The notes beneath the pieces are model-generated. The model saw only the letters and a program-made list of their open reading frames with translations. It did not search any database and was not told the DNA's origin. From assembly GCF_016432865.1 (NCBI RefSeq), contig NC_067400.1, forward strand, positions 497,426,001-497,490,000: a stretch of 64,000 bases of DNA, in the 5' to 3' direction. Source of the DNA: Antechinus flavipes (taxonomy: Eukaryota). Shown in pieces: positions 25,418 to 39,447 of this stretch; within the stretch, counting starts at the first letter, position 1, and the number at the start of each line of letters is the position of its first letter. A program made the position numbers and the translations under genes.

Positions 25418-28400
25418 CTAAAAAATAGAAGGATACTTTCTGTTAGAATATCTTTTGAGGTTGACTTCAATCATCATTTCTTTCATTAATGATATATTTG
25501 ATCCAGTGAACAGATCTTTGTTAATAGCTTAACACATGGTGGCTAGCATAGGTCAAAAAAGGATAAAGAAAGAAAACAGAAAACATAGACTAAATATTTT
25601 CTATCAGCAGCTCTGTTTATTTTGAACTCTAAAGAACAAGATATCCCACCTAGTTTATGGTGATAACCTGAAAGCTCATCATCATATTATTTACCTCAAC
25701 TTTGGATATTCAATACCTTCCCAACTCTTATTAGCCTCCTTTCCCCATTGAGAGGAAAGCAATAAACTCTTTCCAAAGCTCTCCCTTATGGAAATCTGGA
25801 TCTGGGTTCTCTAGCTAACTCTCCATTTTCTATATGTAACTTTACTTGGTTTGAACTACAAGAATATTATGTCCCTGAGCCAGATACCCCTTAGTATTTT
25901 CTCCTTCCTACTTTCCAGCTTCTTTTTGTGTGTTGTCTTCTCACATTAGATTATAATTCCTTGAAGGAAAGGACTGTCTTTCTTTTTCATAATTGTATCC
26001 CCAGCACTTATCACAGTGTCTAGTAAATAATAAACCCTTAATAAATGCTTAGTATTGAATTAAATCAGCAGATAAGATGTTAATTAATTTTCAGTAAAGG
26101 AAAAAAAAGTGAGCAAATTTCAGTTTATATTTAGAATGCCAAGTCAAAATTATTTTCTTGAAGCAATAATGCCATATATGTAATGTTTTATGCTTTGCAA
26201 AGTGTTTCACATGTATTATCTCATTTGTTATTCATAAAAATCCTGTGAAGGAGGAGCCATTATTAAGCTAAGAAAGGTTTAGTGACTCACTCAGTTAGTA
26301 GGTAACCGGGGCAAAATTTGAACTCAGCAGTTCACAGCAAAGGTTCAGGCTTTTCTTTTATAAGATACTGTTTAACCAAAGCATCATCTTATACTAACAA
26401 TTATCATCTTACTTCAAAAAGTTTAGATAGAATCTTAATTTCTTTAATAATTATTCTTCCATGTTGCAGATACTGGAAAGGTTTCAACTTGAGGAACCAT
26501 GTCTACATATAAATATAATTGTGGAATTGTTTTTTGTTTTTATCAAATGTACTTCTATGTATCTTTCATAAGTTTTGCTCTTTTTTTCTTTTTGACCTTG
26601 AGGGTAGAGAAGTGTCTTATATTGGAAAAATAACTGAATTTGAAGGTAGCTAGTAGGGGATCCAAAACTAGCTATGTGTGACCTTATCTCATTCTAAAAC
26701 TTAATACCTATACTACTTATAATGGTGGTAATAGGGGAAACAGTACATAGGTGTGAGTTATTATTATTGATAATAACTGATAATTGAGATAGTACCTCAC
26801 TATATAGATGGATCACTCAATTTGGAGTCAGGAAGTCTTCAGTTCAGATCAAGCTTCAGACAATTCCTAGGTATGTGACTCTGAATAAGTCACTTACCCT
26901 TTGAAAACCTGACAAGGAAATGGCAAATCCCTCTAATAGTTTTGCCAACAAATTCCCAAATAGGGTTATAAAGGACTGGACATGACTAAAATGACTCCAC
27001 AACAACAAAAATCAAAATTAGTACTATTTTTCTTATTCTCAAGAGTTCTAAGCACAATGTAAGCCACATGGTAGTTTAATTTTGTCTTTAATTAAGGCCA
27101 AAAAGATGTAATATATAGCAAAAATCATTAGAATTGAGTCCAAAGAACTGGGTTTGAGTTCATGGTTCTGTGATGGATCAGTTATGTGATCTCAGGTAAA
27201 TCACATCATTCTTTGTGTCTCATGTCCTTCCTCTAAAATGGCAACTTACATTCTCTACTTCACAGAATGCTTGTAAATAATTTTCTCTGTACTTGAAGCA
27301 ACAATTTGTCATCTGAAATTCAGCTATGATTGTGAATTACTGATGTCTAGAAGAGCGTATAGCATCTCCACCATGCATTATTCTCAGTCATGAGCATCAT
27401 CTTCACAATAACTATCATAAATCATCTATCTCTTATTTTGTCTTAATATATATGATCAATATATCCATACTTTATCTAGTGTCATTGGCATTTGAACACA
27501 AAATTTATAAAATTAGTTACAAAACAAGCATTTGTTAAATACCTGCTATGTCTCAGAAACTGTGCTAAGTATTAAGATACAAAGAAATGCAAATACTAGT
27601 CCTCTATCATAGTTTAAAAAACCAAAACCAAAAACAGGAGCTAAATAAATATGGTAGCATTTCGGAATTGAAATGAAGCATTTAATAAAATTATGAACAG
27701 CAGCCAAGAATGACCTTTTTTTTTTCTTCAAGGGTCCACTATCTCCTTAGATCACTGCATATATCATAGTAAAACATGATAATTTTTTTTTTAGTATAGG
27801 TGGTTTAAAGGAAAAAAATGGACTAAGATCTCATTGCTGGAAATTCATAATTCTTACTCATATCGCTCTTCCATGTCCTTCCCTGAACTTGTCACAACCA
27901 GAATTTGGCACATATCAGGGTACAAATTTGAAAATCAAGTGAATATAGTATAATGGAGTTCTGAATCCAGAGTCAAGAATATGAGTTCAATGCCTGCTGT
28001 AGCTTAATTATGATATTCTCATGGCCAATTAACTTAACCTTCTTAAGCCTTATCAATTAAGTTACATATATATGGAGTTATAGGATACATAAATGGATAA
28101 AATCAGAGATGGTATCCTGGCTTATGTTTTATACCTATGAATTTGCCTACCCAACCACACTATAAGCTCCTTGATGGCAGGAATGGTGTCTTATATTCTT
28201 CTTATTTCTCCTGAAGTCCAACATAGGCCTGGGAACACAGCAGGTGTGCAATAAATATTCCTTATTGTGGAGCTCAGCAGTGCTGGCAGTGATGTCAATT
28301 ATTCAGGGGTTTGTAAGGAAGGACAAAGAGACACAAATGGTATCCTTTCCTCTTCTTTTGACCACTCTTATCCCAGTCATTCTTACTGTCTCCCACAGTC

Positions 28401-31400
28401 AACTTTTATCTGGGAAAGTAAGTTGGCTGGTTATAGGTTATCTGGCCATCTTTGAAGGGAAGATACCAGAAAATGGGTTACAGCAGTTCAAGGAAGCTTA
28501 TCTTTAGATGCCATCAAACATAGCTGGCTGCTCTGCTAGTCAAAGACCCAGATGTCTTTTGGTGAAAATCAATAGATTTTAATCAGACAGAAAATATCTC
28601 ATATCCTTGGGGGTGAGGAGAGTTAGTAGGGAGAGAAACAAAGGTCTAGAAAACAAAATGGAAGACTCAAAAACAGAGGTTAGAGACAAATAGATTGTCT
28701 GCCCTGGAACAGTTTTTCCCCACTCAGAAATAGTGGTGTAAAATGAAAAGCATTTAAATAAAAAGTATTTAAAAGGAAACTCCTCCCTCCCTCCCACATT
28801 CCCTATGCTATACTTACCTTTGATTTATCCTATCCTGTCTCAAGCTTGGTTGGCATTCATAATAAAATTAATAGTAAGAAAGTAAAGCAAATGCTTGTCA
28901 TACCTTTTGTGGCTATCCATATTGTTCCACTTCATAAAAAATATGAAAGCTTGCCTGTGATTTCTTGGGTCAGTCTCCTTGGTAAAATGTCATGGAACAC
29001 TGGACCCCTACCACTCTGTTAAGGATTTCTCAAAAAATGAATTAGGCTTTTTGGTCAAAGACACTCAGCATATTTTCCACTCTTTCAAAGAGAAAATCTG
29101 CTCCAGTAGAAACTATTTAAAAAAGACCATTATCAAAGGCTGACAATTTCAAATGATTGGCATCCACAAAAGCAGAGTCCTGTCGAATAGCTTTCTCATT
29201 TGATGGCAAACAAAAGTGCCTGCTGTGGGATGAGAGCAGAGATCTGGGCAGTATTTACGCTAACTGGCCTCCCAACTGCTTGGGGATTTTCCCTGTGTTT
29301 TATATTAAGAAACATGAGCAGGGTATATATGCGCTTTGCTGATAAGAAGAAAGAAATGAATTGGCAGACACTTTCCCAGACAAGACAGGAAAACCATGTT
29401 TGAACAAAGTGGAAATTGGACTGCTCTCCTGGCTGATCACAGCACTGATGTTCAAAGCTTTCAGGTGACGTAATTGTCTCAGGTTCAGGTACACAGGACC
29501 AAATGGAAGAAGAAAGCAGCAGAGCTGATTTGAGGTAGCACTGAAAACTAAAAGGAGAATGAGAGGCTTTTATCTAAGCAAGCAAACAGGCTGGTTACAG
29601 GTTATCTGGCCACCTTGAAAGGATGACATTGGAGAATTGGTTATAATAGCTCAAGGAGGCCTGTCTGTGGGTGCTACAAACATAGATTCCCTGTCATGGG
29701 CCCAGAAAAAATTTGGAAAAAATGAAAACACTTAAATCTGACAGAAAATGCATCCTATGGGGTTAGAGGTTGGAAGAGAAGTAGGAATTTTTGGTTTCAC
29801 TGAGATAAGGCTGAAAATTCTGATTTTCTTAATGTCCTGTCAATATTACCAAGGCCAAAGAATGCTTTGTGTGGACGATTATTTAAAAAGAGGCAGGGCC
29901 AAGGAGTTTCCAGGGATACTGAATTTGGGAAGGTAGCATGGCCCAGTACAAAAAGTACCATATCAAGAATGAGAAGACTTGAATTTGAATCCTGCCTTTT
30001 GCTTCTTACTGCCTTTATGATCCTTTGAGAAAAGAAGGAAGGAAACATTTAAGAGACAATCATGTACCAGGTACTGGGTTTAAGTGCTTTATAAATATCT
30101 CATTTGATCCTTAGACCTTAGGAAGTAGATATTGCTATTATTCACATTTTACAGCTAAGGAAACTGAGGCAGATAGCTGCGCCTAAGGCAGACATGCCCA
30201 GGATCATACAGCTAGTGAATGATTGTGCCAAATTTGGGCCCAGACCTTTTTGAGTTCAGTTTTATTCTCTAACTATTGTGCCACCTGGCTGCCTTTTGGG
30301 TAAGTATTTTCACCTTTGTGGACATCACTTTCCCTAACTGTAAAATGAGAGTTGAATTAGATTATAGCTCTTTATAAAAAAAAAAAACCTATAAAATCAA
30401 TGACTGTGACCAGCTGACTCCTAAAGTATCTTTGAGCTAAAAATGAACTTATGATCCTATCTCTCTGGAGGTCTTCAAGAAAAGGCTGATGATCACTTCT
30501 GAAGACTGTAGTAGAAGGTATTCTTAGTGCAGGTTGGACAAGATGATTCTAAAAATTCTCTGATGCTAAGGAGAGGATGATGGAGGCAGATGTGACATTC
30601 TAGATCCCAAGATGCACAATCAGAGATGCTCAGTTTTGCATTTGCAAATTACTACATTGTGAAGTATATTTAACTACAGTTACTCGCTTCGTTGCCAATA
30701 AACCACTGAATGAATTATTGCCATTATGCTATTACACTAATAAAACAATACCATGCATAAGAGCGATCTGCTGAGTTGGGCTCTTGTTTATTGGACATAT
30801 AAAAAAGGTTGTTATGGCCTTGTAACAGTTCTCAAATTAATGGCTGACACAGGAACATAAGTGCATATTTCAGAACAAACACATTGTGTAAACCTGGGTC
30901 ATTAAGACTTTATTTAAGATTCTGACCAACTTCTGAGGCAGATGGTGCATATTATATGTCATTTCTCCCCTTCAGAATAAGAGAAGCTCCTCCTTCAATT
31001 TTTTTTTTTTTTTTGGTCTTTTTCCTGTGCCTTTCCTCCAATACCTCTAATGCTTTTGAAAAATGTGCACAGAAGAAGCTTTCATCATGAGCAAGCCTGA
31101 CAAATGAAGTAACACATGAAAAGTAAATCATATTACTATATTTCACTTGATTATTGTTGACCTTACAGGATAAAAAAAGCAGAAATCTTATCATATGACA
31201 TAGTTCTCAAAAAAGAGGAATCCATGAGTGGATGACTCAATATGCTTCAAGATCATATTATGCTCATAATGTTGTTTTTAGAGGAGATGGAAAAAGAAGG
31301 GAGAGAAATAACTAATTTTTATTAAGAGTCTTCAATTTTTCATATAGTTTTACATATAGAACCTCAATTGAGGCTCACAATCCTGGGATGTAGTATTAAT

Positions 31401-34400
31401 ATTGTCATTTTGTATAAAAGGAGACTAAAGCTCAAAGAGTTTGATAATAATAATAATAGCAAGCATTGATATTGTGTCTCCTATGTGCCAGGCATTTTAC
31501 TTTAGAAATATTATCTGAGGTTAAGTTTGAACTTAGTTTTTCTTGACTGCAGACTCAGCACTACTCCAAGTTAAGATTAAGAGACATTTTCCATGAGTCT
31601 TACAGCTAGAAAGTATATGAACTCAGATTTCCTGTCTACAAGTCCAACAGTCTATCCATTCAAGAAGAGTATTCCAACCTACAAAGTTGCCCAATGTTTT
31701 CAAAATGAAGCCTTGGTATGTATGGAAATGTACTTTCATTGGGAATTTTTCCTCCATTCTTTAGGGAGTCAATTGCTCACATAATGCATAGTTTTGTGAA
31801 TGCCTAGATATCACCGTTAATGGTGAATGCCTGCTGAATATGATCAATTGCATTGCATAGAACCTGAGGAAATGTCCGAGGACCATCCTTATCATCAAGA
31901 AGTGGTCACTGGGGCTGACATACCTGTGAAAACATTAATGGGAATTCCTAGATGATAGTCCCTATGAGGTGATTCTGGCAGGAAAGGGAAAGCTCAGTGT
32001 GTGGCCTGAACTAAGAAGTGATGAGCATTTTCAAATACTAATTTTAGAGTGGCTCTATAAGTTTCTCTTTTGAGGCTAAAAAGAAGAGAGAAGTGAAAAG
32101 TAGTTTGAATTGAAGGAACAGGCTTGGATGAAAAAGTTATATCTGTGACTCAAATTTCTATAATGCTTTAAAATTCATGAAGGATTTTTACATCCATAGT
32201 CACACTTGAGCCACACAATAATCCTGTGAGATGGGAAAGGCATTATTATTCCCATTTTATAAATGAGGGAACTAGCAAATTTCCAGACAGAGTTGGAATA
32301 GCAATCAACTCCAAAGTTTCCATTATGATTTTGAATCTGCATGGCATTTCAACAGTGGAAGATATTATCCAAAGACCAAATAGTAATGATTTCTCATAAC
32401 ATTTCAGTATGTTAAGGTTTGCAAGAAAGAGTTGAGGATTGAGAAGTTCAAAATTAATAACCATAGGATTTTATAAGTGGAAGTGAACTTCTTTAACCAA
32501 TAAGGCAATTTCAGGCCCAGAAAGGTGAGAATGACTTTGCCCAAAGACACATAGATGTTTGTCAGAGCTAAGGCAAGATTCTATATCTCCCAACACCCAG
32601 TCTATTGTTCTTTCCAAGTGATAATACACTACTTTTATACTAGAAAACTAAGGAAGGCTTAATAAGGATCTCCTCAAAGGAGCAGGATTCTAGTCTGTAA
32701 GCTAAAAGTAAAGACCAGAATTTTGTGTAAGAGCAGTGACATCATAGAAAAATATTTTTCTTTTTAATGCTGATAACCAAATGTTATCCTCTCATTTGCT
32801 GGTGTATGTGTGGGCAAGAAGGAGAATAAAAGGAAAAGGGAGATTTTTACTCATTCAAAAATAACTTTTATTAATATTAATATAATATAATTATTATAAA
32901 TTATTAAAGAATTATATATTTTATTATTATATTTTAGATGATTAAAATGTATCTTTACAAAAACCTAATAGTATAAAATCTTTCAGTCAACAATGCAATC
33001 TCCTCTCTGTATGGAGTAAAAAAATGCAGAATTTGCCTATTGCAAGGAGTGGCAGTGGGGGAAAAAAAAACAAAAAACAAAAACCTGTCTCTAATTAGCC
33101 CCATTATATCACAATGGAAAAGAATTCCATTGTGTTATGTCTGAATGTCCCACATTTTCCATATATCACTATAACTTCAAGCAATAGTATTTCTCACTAA
33201 TTTTTTAGCACATTGGCAGAGAGTACTTAGAGTACTTCTCTGGTCATCCAAATCAAAAGATGGAGAGGGAAGGAGAAAAATGAAACTTCAGAAATGTTTT
33301 TAGATTGATATAAACAACAAATCTATTGTGAGCTACACAGGTTCTCCACCAATCAGAAACAGGGAAGAGATTTTTGGCCAAGGGAGCAAACTAATAATGT
33401 ACCTCTGTAGAGGTAGATTTTGATATCAGAGTGCGATTTGGTTATTTAACATTTACTATAAGATGATCAGACTGGCAAACATTCAGAGATCTTCATAGGC
33501 TTTATATGCTCAGAGGCAGAGATGTTTCCAGATAGTATCTTTACTATTAAAAGATCAGTATCTTATCAATTTCTCCACTGTAGTAAGCAAAATATCAATT
33601 TAGATTTTATTTCTATCTCTCTGCTGTCGTCAGGACTTTTGGTCTTTTGCAAAAATGGAAGTGGTCAGGGCATAAAAGAGTGGGGGAAATACATTTTAAA
33701 ATCACTAAGGAATATTTTGTGATTTTTCACTAATTTTCAGATTCAGGAAAAGAATTAAACATTAGATCAAACTCTTCTTGCCCACCAAAAGTGTATGCAT
33801 CCACTTTTTCTAAAATTCCCTACAATAATTTTTATATCTTATGTCTTATAAGATGCTCAGAATGACTTTCAGAAAACCTTAGCCATGCTAAATATGAGTT
33901 TGTGAGACCAGGAAATAATTTTATTTTATATTCTATTTTTAATTTTACTTTATTTTTGATTCAGGAAAACTATATGGGAATTATATAGGAAAACTATGAA
34001 CAAGCTCATTATGGTTTATTTTTCCTTTTCTATTATAGTATTTTATTTTTCCAAATGAATGCAAAGATAGTTTTCAGCATTCACCTTTGCAAAACCTTGT
34101 GTCCGGAAATAATTTTAAAAGATATGTTTGTATTCTATTGCATATACACAGTAATAAAAAGAGGTGTGAATGATTTTCATTGGAAGCTTTGTAATTTATG
34201 GGTCCTTAAATGCTTTGGGGTTTTGCTGAGCCTGATTACATTTATATAGAGAGGTAGAAGTTTACATTATGTGAAAAATTCCAGTTACTACCTTAAGGGT
34301 GCTCATCCCTCATAGAAACTCATTTCACATCTCATCAGTTACAGCCATGAGATGGGGAAACTGATTTCTCATTTATGTAGAAGGTGGGAATATACAGGGT

Positions 34401-34689
34401 CAATAGCCAAGATGCAGTAGTGGGAACAAACAAACAAAAATACCCCAAACTGTGACTAGAAGCATTCATAGCATCCTTTCATATGAACTAAACCTAAGCT
34501 TTATTCAACTTTGTAAAATTAGAAAATTTTTCTCATAAGAATCTGCTAGTTTATAGGAATCCTGTGCATAATGTTAACTGTCACATTTTGAGAAGCACTT
34601 TAAGAATCATAGGTGAAACCTGACACGGATGTGCAGGGAAGGACCTAGGACACAAGCACTTTTGTTTCTTTTCTGTCATTTGTAATGAT

Positions 34690-35130
34690 AGAATCATAAA
34701 TATGGGAGGTGAAAAGAACACAATAGAAATAGTTTACCCTGATTTTAGAAAAGGTGTTGCTAAAGTACTTCATGCTATTCTTCTGGAAAGGATGGAAAGA
34801 TATGAAAGAGATGATGATATAAACATATGGATTCAGAACTGGCTAACAGACTGATGACAATATGCAATGAATTCAGCAATCGAGCCTCTTAGAGATTGCT
34901 TCTTGGCCTTCTGCAATTTAACATTTTGATGAATGTTTTGAATAAAGGCATAGATGGCAAACTCATGAAATTTGCAAACTATGCTGTTTTTACCTTTCAT
35001 TATATTCTCAGTGCACAGCACAGTGTCAGGTATGTTAAGGGCTTTAAAATATTTGTTGATGACACAACCTTAGGAGAGAAAGCTAATATCCCAGATCAGG
35101 TGAACCAGACTATAATATAATTGGAAAAAA
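34690..35130 (+). mobile_element. CR1/L3 LINE reverse-transcriptase relic
   Basis: Decayed RT motifs: DFRKG, WIQNWL, LQFNILMNVLNKGIDGKLMKFAN, FVDDTTLG (cf. CR1 FNIFINDLD...KFADDTKL). Confidence 0.75.
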
Positions 35131-36259
35131 ATTAACAAAATAAATGAAAATGCAATTCAACATAGATGATGTTAATTTGTGTGGTTTTTTTTTTTTTTTA
35201 AGTCAAAAGTTAGCTCCTAAAATCTCTTTCTAATTCCTATTTATCTTGTATATAGTTTGGTTGTACATATATTTGTTTGCATGTTATCTCCTCCATTTAG
35301 ATTGTAAGCTCTTTGAGTATAGGGATTTTCCTTTACCTCTTTTTCTATCTCCAAGCTTAGAAAAATGCCTGACACACAGTAGGCACTTAAATAAGTATTT
35401 TTTGATTCATTGACTGGAATATCAGTGGACTAGATGAGAGAGAGAAAAACCAGAAGAATCTTGAAAGGCTAGATCCTTGGATTTGGATTTTCTAATATGA
35501 AATTCATTAAGAATCCAGGAAGGAAGGAATGAAGGAAGGAAGGAAGAAAAAAAGTTGTATGATGATCCTGGGCAAGTCACTTGATAATGATAATCTGTCT
35601 AAGCTTTCTCAAGTCTAAAATGGAGACATTATGGTAGCATTTGTCTCCAAGGGTAGTTTTCAGGATTAATTGTGACAATATTTATTAAGCACATAGTCCA
35701 GAATGTGACACACAATAGACACTTAAATGCTTTTTTCCTTCCTCTGTAGGGTTGTTGTGAGGAAAGTTCTTTGCATACTTTAAAGTGCTCCAGAAATGTG
35801 AACTATTGTAGTCATTGTCTATTATTAGGAAAAAAACAAAACAAAACAAAACTCTGGCTTCTATCTATCAGGAGTACTCAGCCATCAGCCACCATCTTTT
35901 ACAAGTAGAATAGAAATGGTAAAAACAGTCTTTTATCCTCTCTACAACTCTAGCATCCAGCTCTCTGAGAAGCAGTATAAGACAGTGGAAAACATCCCTG
36001 GACTTTGATTTTCTTTTTTAATAATGAGTCAAGGTAGCACAAGATGGTTTCTCAGATACTTTCCAGTTTTAAGTATCTTTTTTTTTTTTTTAAGTTTTAA
36101 GTACATTTTTTGGTAATGTAATCTCTATTCCCACTATTTCCCACTCTATTCTCATTATCCTCCCATATAGTTCTTTCAATATTATGAATCTCAGAAGAGA
36201 CTGAAAGGTTAGCTAGTCCTACCAATGCCTGAAAAATGCCTCCATAGTTTGTTGTTGTT

Positions 36260-36830
36260 CCTGTTGTTTGTCCTTCATCTCCCCATGAAATTAGGGAGGT
36301 AAGTTGGATTTAAGTAAGGGAGGGCTGTGGAAAGTCACCAGCCTCATATTCTCTTGCAGATTCATATGGGTGCAGTGGCAAGGATGGCAAGGATCAGGAT
36401 GATTGGAGATGATGCTGGATGCAATGGGAGACTCTGGCTCTGGCCAAAGGATTGTAATTTCTATTGTTATTATTTTTGTTTTTAGTTGTTGAAACCTCCC
36501 AAGATATTTTGGAGTTATCAGATGTATTTTTTTCTGAAGGACCATACCTAAAAACCAAATCTCTCTAGCTCTCATTGATTGGCCAACAATAGGTCTCAGA
36601 TGCAGCCCCAGATAGTCATAGTTTGCATCCTGATTGACTTAGAGTGAATGTAAATAGAAATTGTTTGTGTTCTGGCCAGAAACCCTGAGGGTCTTCCCCT
36701 CCCAGATTGGATGATGATGATGATGATTACATGACTCAGTAAAAGTATCCATTCTTTGCCTCAGTTCTTACCTAGACTTAATTATTGAATGGACATTGCC
36801 TCAGTCAAACTAAGACCAGTTAAATACATG
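36260..36830 (-). mobile_element. RTE-related marsupial SINE
   Basis: gttgtttgtccttc...ggatttaagtaagggagggctgtggaaagtcaccagcctc motif as in the other copies. Confidence 0.6.
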
Positions 36831-36956
36831 TCTTTACTAAAAGACTTCTAGTGAGAAAAAAACTTGTTAACTTTTGAAGTAGTCCGTTCTATTTATTATT
36901 ATTATTATTGACAGTTTTACTTTTTAGGAGTTATTTCCTTATATTTGTCTAGAACC

Positions 36957-37187
36957 AAGAATATGCTGTTAAATGTTTAACAACTGGCTCTCTGAATATA
37001 GTTGACACATTTTGGAGTTAATTTAATATTTTCCCTATCCTTTGTTCTAATCTAGGCAATTAACAAAATAATAAATCAAGTCCTGATTTATGGCTTTTTC
37101 CAAATTCCATGGTATAAACGAGTAAAATTTAATAATGGGCTCTTGTGAGCTGGTACAAGCTGATTCTAAAACATAATTGGCTGGAAC
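36957..37187 (-). mobile_element. MER63-like hAT DNA-transposon MITE
   Basis: Ends tgctgttaaatgtttaacaactggctctc and aaaatttaataatgggctcttgtgagctggtacaagctg match MER63 subterminal sequences as recalled; the interior includes aaatcaagtcctgattt. Confidence 0.65.
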
Positions 37188-37189
37188 CT

Positions 37190-37990
37190 CTATGAAAATT
37201 CCATCTATTGGGCTACTATTCTCCAGGACTAAATAGAAGTATTTATATATCTCCTCCCTATGGTAATTCTTCAGATATTTGAAGGCAGTTATCATGTCCT
37301 CATTCCATCTCTTATTGAGGCTAAACATCACCAGATTTTTTTTTAAAAAAAAATCCAATATATGAGTACATATTTATACAATTATCATGCTGCAAAAAAT
37401 CTAATTAAAACAACTTACAAAAGAGAAGTAAAATAAAATGCAAGCAAACAACAACAAAAAGAGTGAAAATGTTATGTTGCATCACCAGATTCTTCAAGCA
37501 ATCCCTGTTTGATATAGTATCCAAACCTCTTACAATCCTAATTGCTTTTTCATAGGATGTAATCCAGCCTGTCTATATCCTTCCTAAAATGTAGTAACCA
37601 GAAATAAATACAACACTTGAGTTGAAAATTAAGTAAGGAGGAGTATGCAAGTGGGACTCTGACCTTTTTAGGTCTGGATGATATTCCTATCTTAAAATAG
37701 TTTAGGATGATATTAGTTTATTTTGACTATCATGGCACATTGTGGATTTATATTGAGTTTATAATCTATTAAATCCTCTACACAAATTTTAGTCTAGCTA
37801 TTCTTTCCCTCCTTGTTCTTATGAAGTGGATTCTTTCATATCCAAAAGTAGAACTCTATTTTTTTTCATCATATATACATTTGGCCTACTATTCTTTGCT
37901 GTTAGGATTTTTTTGCTTGTTGACTTTGTTAACTAATATGTTTACTATCTTTCCTAGTTTCAGGACATTTGTCCATATGATAAACCTTTA
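37190..37990 (-). mobile_element. CR1/L3 LINE 3' ORF2 relic, interrupted by a 142-bp L1 piece
   Basis: Minus-strand DMITAFKYLKNYHREE resembles the CR1 C-terminal DLIAVFKYLKG motif; homology resumes after 37491. Confidence 0.6.
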
Positions 37991-39391
37991 TCCAAGTCTT
38001 CTTCTGATTGGATAGCTTTTTTTCTCACCTCCATTTAAATAGGATGGTCAAGCCAGCCATATCTCATTCTTTTCTAGGGTACACTTGGGTCTTCCTCTAC
38101 CAAACTGACCACTGTACTAGGTATCCACTTCCTATCTTCCTTTTCAGATTACTTTTATGTACTATCTTCCTTTGTGAGAATGTAAGTTCCTTGAGTTTCT
38201 GTTCCTTGAGTCACTCTTTGGAGTAACTTTCTTTCTACTTATTTGCAACCCCAATAGTTAGCATAATGCCTGTCACATAATAAGTGTTTAATATATGCTT
38301 GTTGGTTGATAGTTGTCTCACTAGTTCCATTTATCAGTGGTTTAACCCAGATCTCCCCTTGATGAGTCACCAGGGTAGCACAATATTAGTAGCAACTTAC
38401 ATTTATGTAGTTCTTTAAAGTTTCCATATCCTTTATATACATAATACCTCTTGCAGTACTGTTCTCTTCCCCTTTTTGAAAATTAGAACATTTTCTTCTT
38501 CAAACTATTATCACTAATCTTCCTTATGTATAGATCTAATCATGACACTATTCCATTCAAAAATTATTCAGTGGCTTTCCATTACCTAAGGAGTAAAATT
38601 CAAACTGCTTTCCTGGAATTCAAGTTCTACTATTATCTCATGGCATACTTTCATTCAAATCTAATTTCTCCCTACTCTTCTTTATTCAAATTATGCTCTA
38701 TCCAAACTGGATTGTTCACTGAACTTAAAACGGAACCAATTGTCGTTCCTATGTGCCTTTGTTAAAATAATAGTCTCTATTCTCTATTTATCCTCTCCTT
38801 GAATTCCTACTCATTCTCTCAAATGTACTTAATTCAGAAAGGCTTCTCTGATCTCTTCTATTAGTACCACTTTTCCCTGCATATATAGCAGATTTTTTTC
38901 TTTAACAAATGCATTTATAACTTTCTTTTTACAGACTTGCAATGTAATCAATGTAAGGATGTCCTGGTGAGGAAATTCTCTAATATAGGTTGACACTTTC
39001 TCTATAATATATAGTATAACGCTGAATGAGAAATCTACACTTGAAATAATGTAGTTATTTCCAATAGATCTGTCTGGTGCAACTGCTCAGGACTACAGAG
39101 CCAGCATGTTTCACTGATGAGAGTTGAGCTTGGCACTTCCTGATTCTAAGACTAACTCTTCATCCAGTATGACAAACTTCCTTGTGTATAACATTAAATT
39201 TTATACCTATCTTGTTGGAGTAAAGTCTACTAAAATCTATTAGGTCTATTAGATTATTTATCCTTGAAAACAGTGGCAATGACAGTGGAATTTTGTACTT
39301 TGTTCAGCCACTAGTATGGTGTGTTGTACATAGAGATTACTTAAGAAAGATTTCTTGACATTGTCAATCACTGCCTTCTAAGACAACTCTT

Positions 39392-39393
<2 letters not shown>

Positions 39394-39444
<51 letters not shown>
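39394..39444. repeat. (AC)n microsatellite, about 25 units
   Basis: Perfect dinucleotide run. Confidence 0.98.

Positions 39445-39447
<3 letters not shown>

Noticed and set aside
28811-28860. Perfect donor AAG|GTAAGTA preceded by AAATCAAAG, superficially like the end of PDGFD exon 5 (KSK)
   Set aside because: It is on the wrong side of exon 6 and in the wrong phase, and upstream codons contain stops; at most a cryptic donor.
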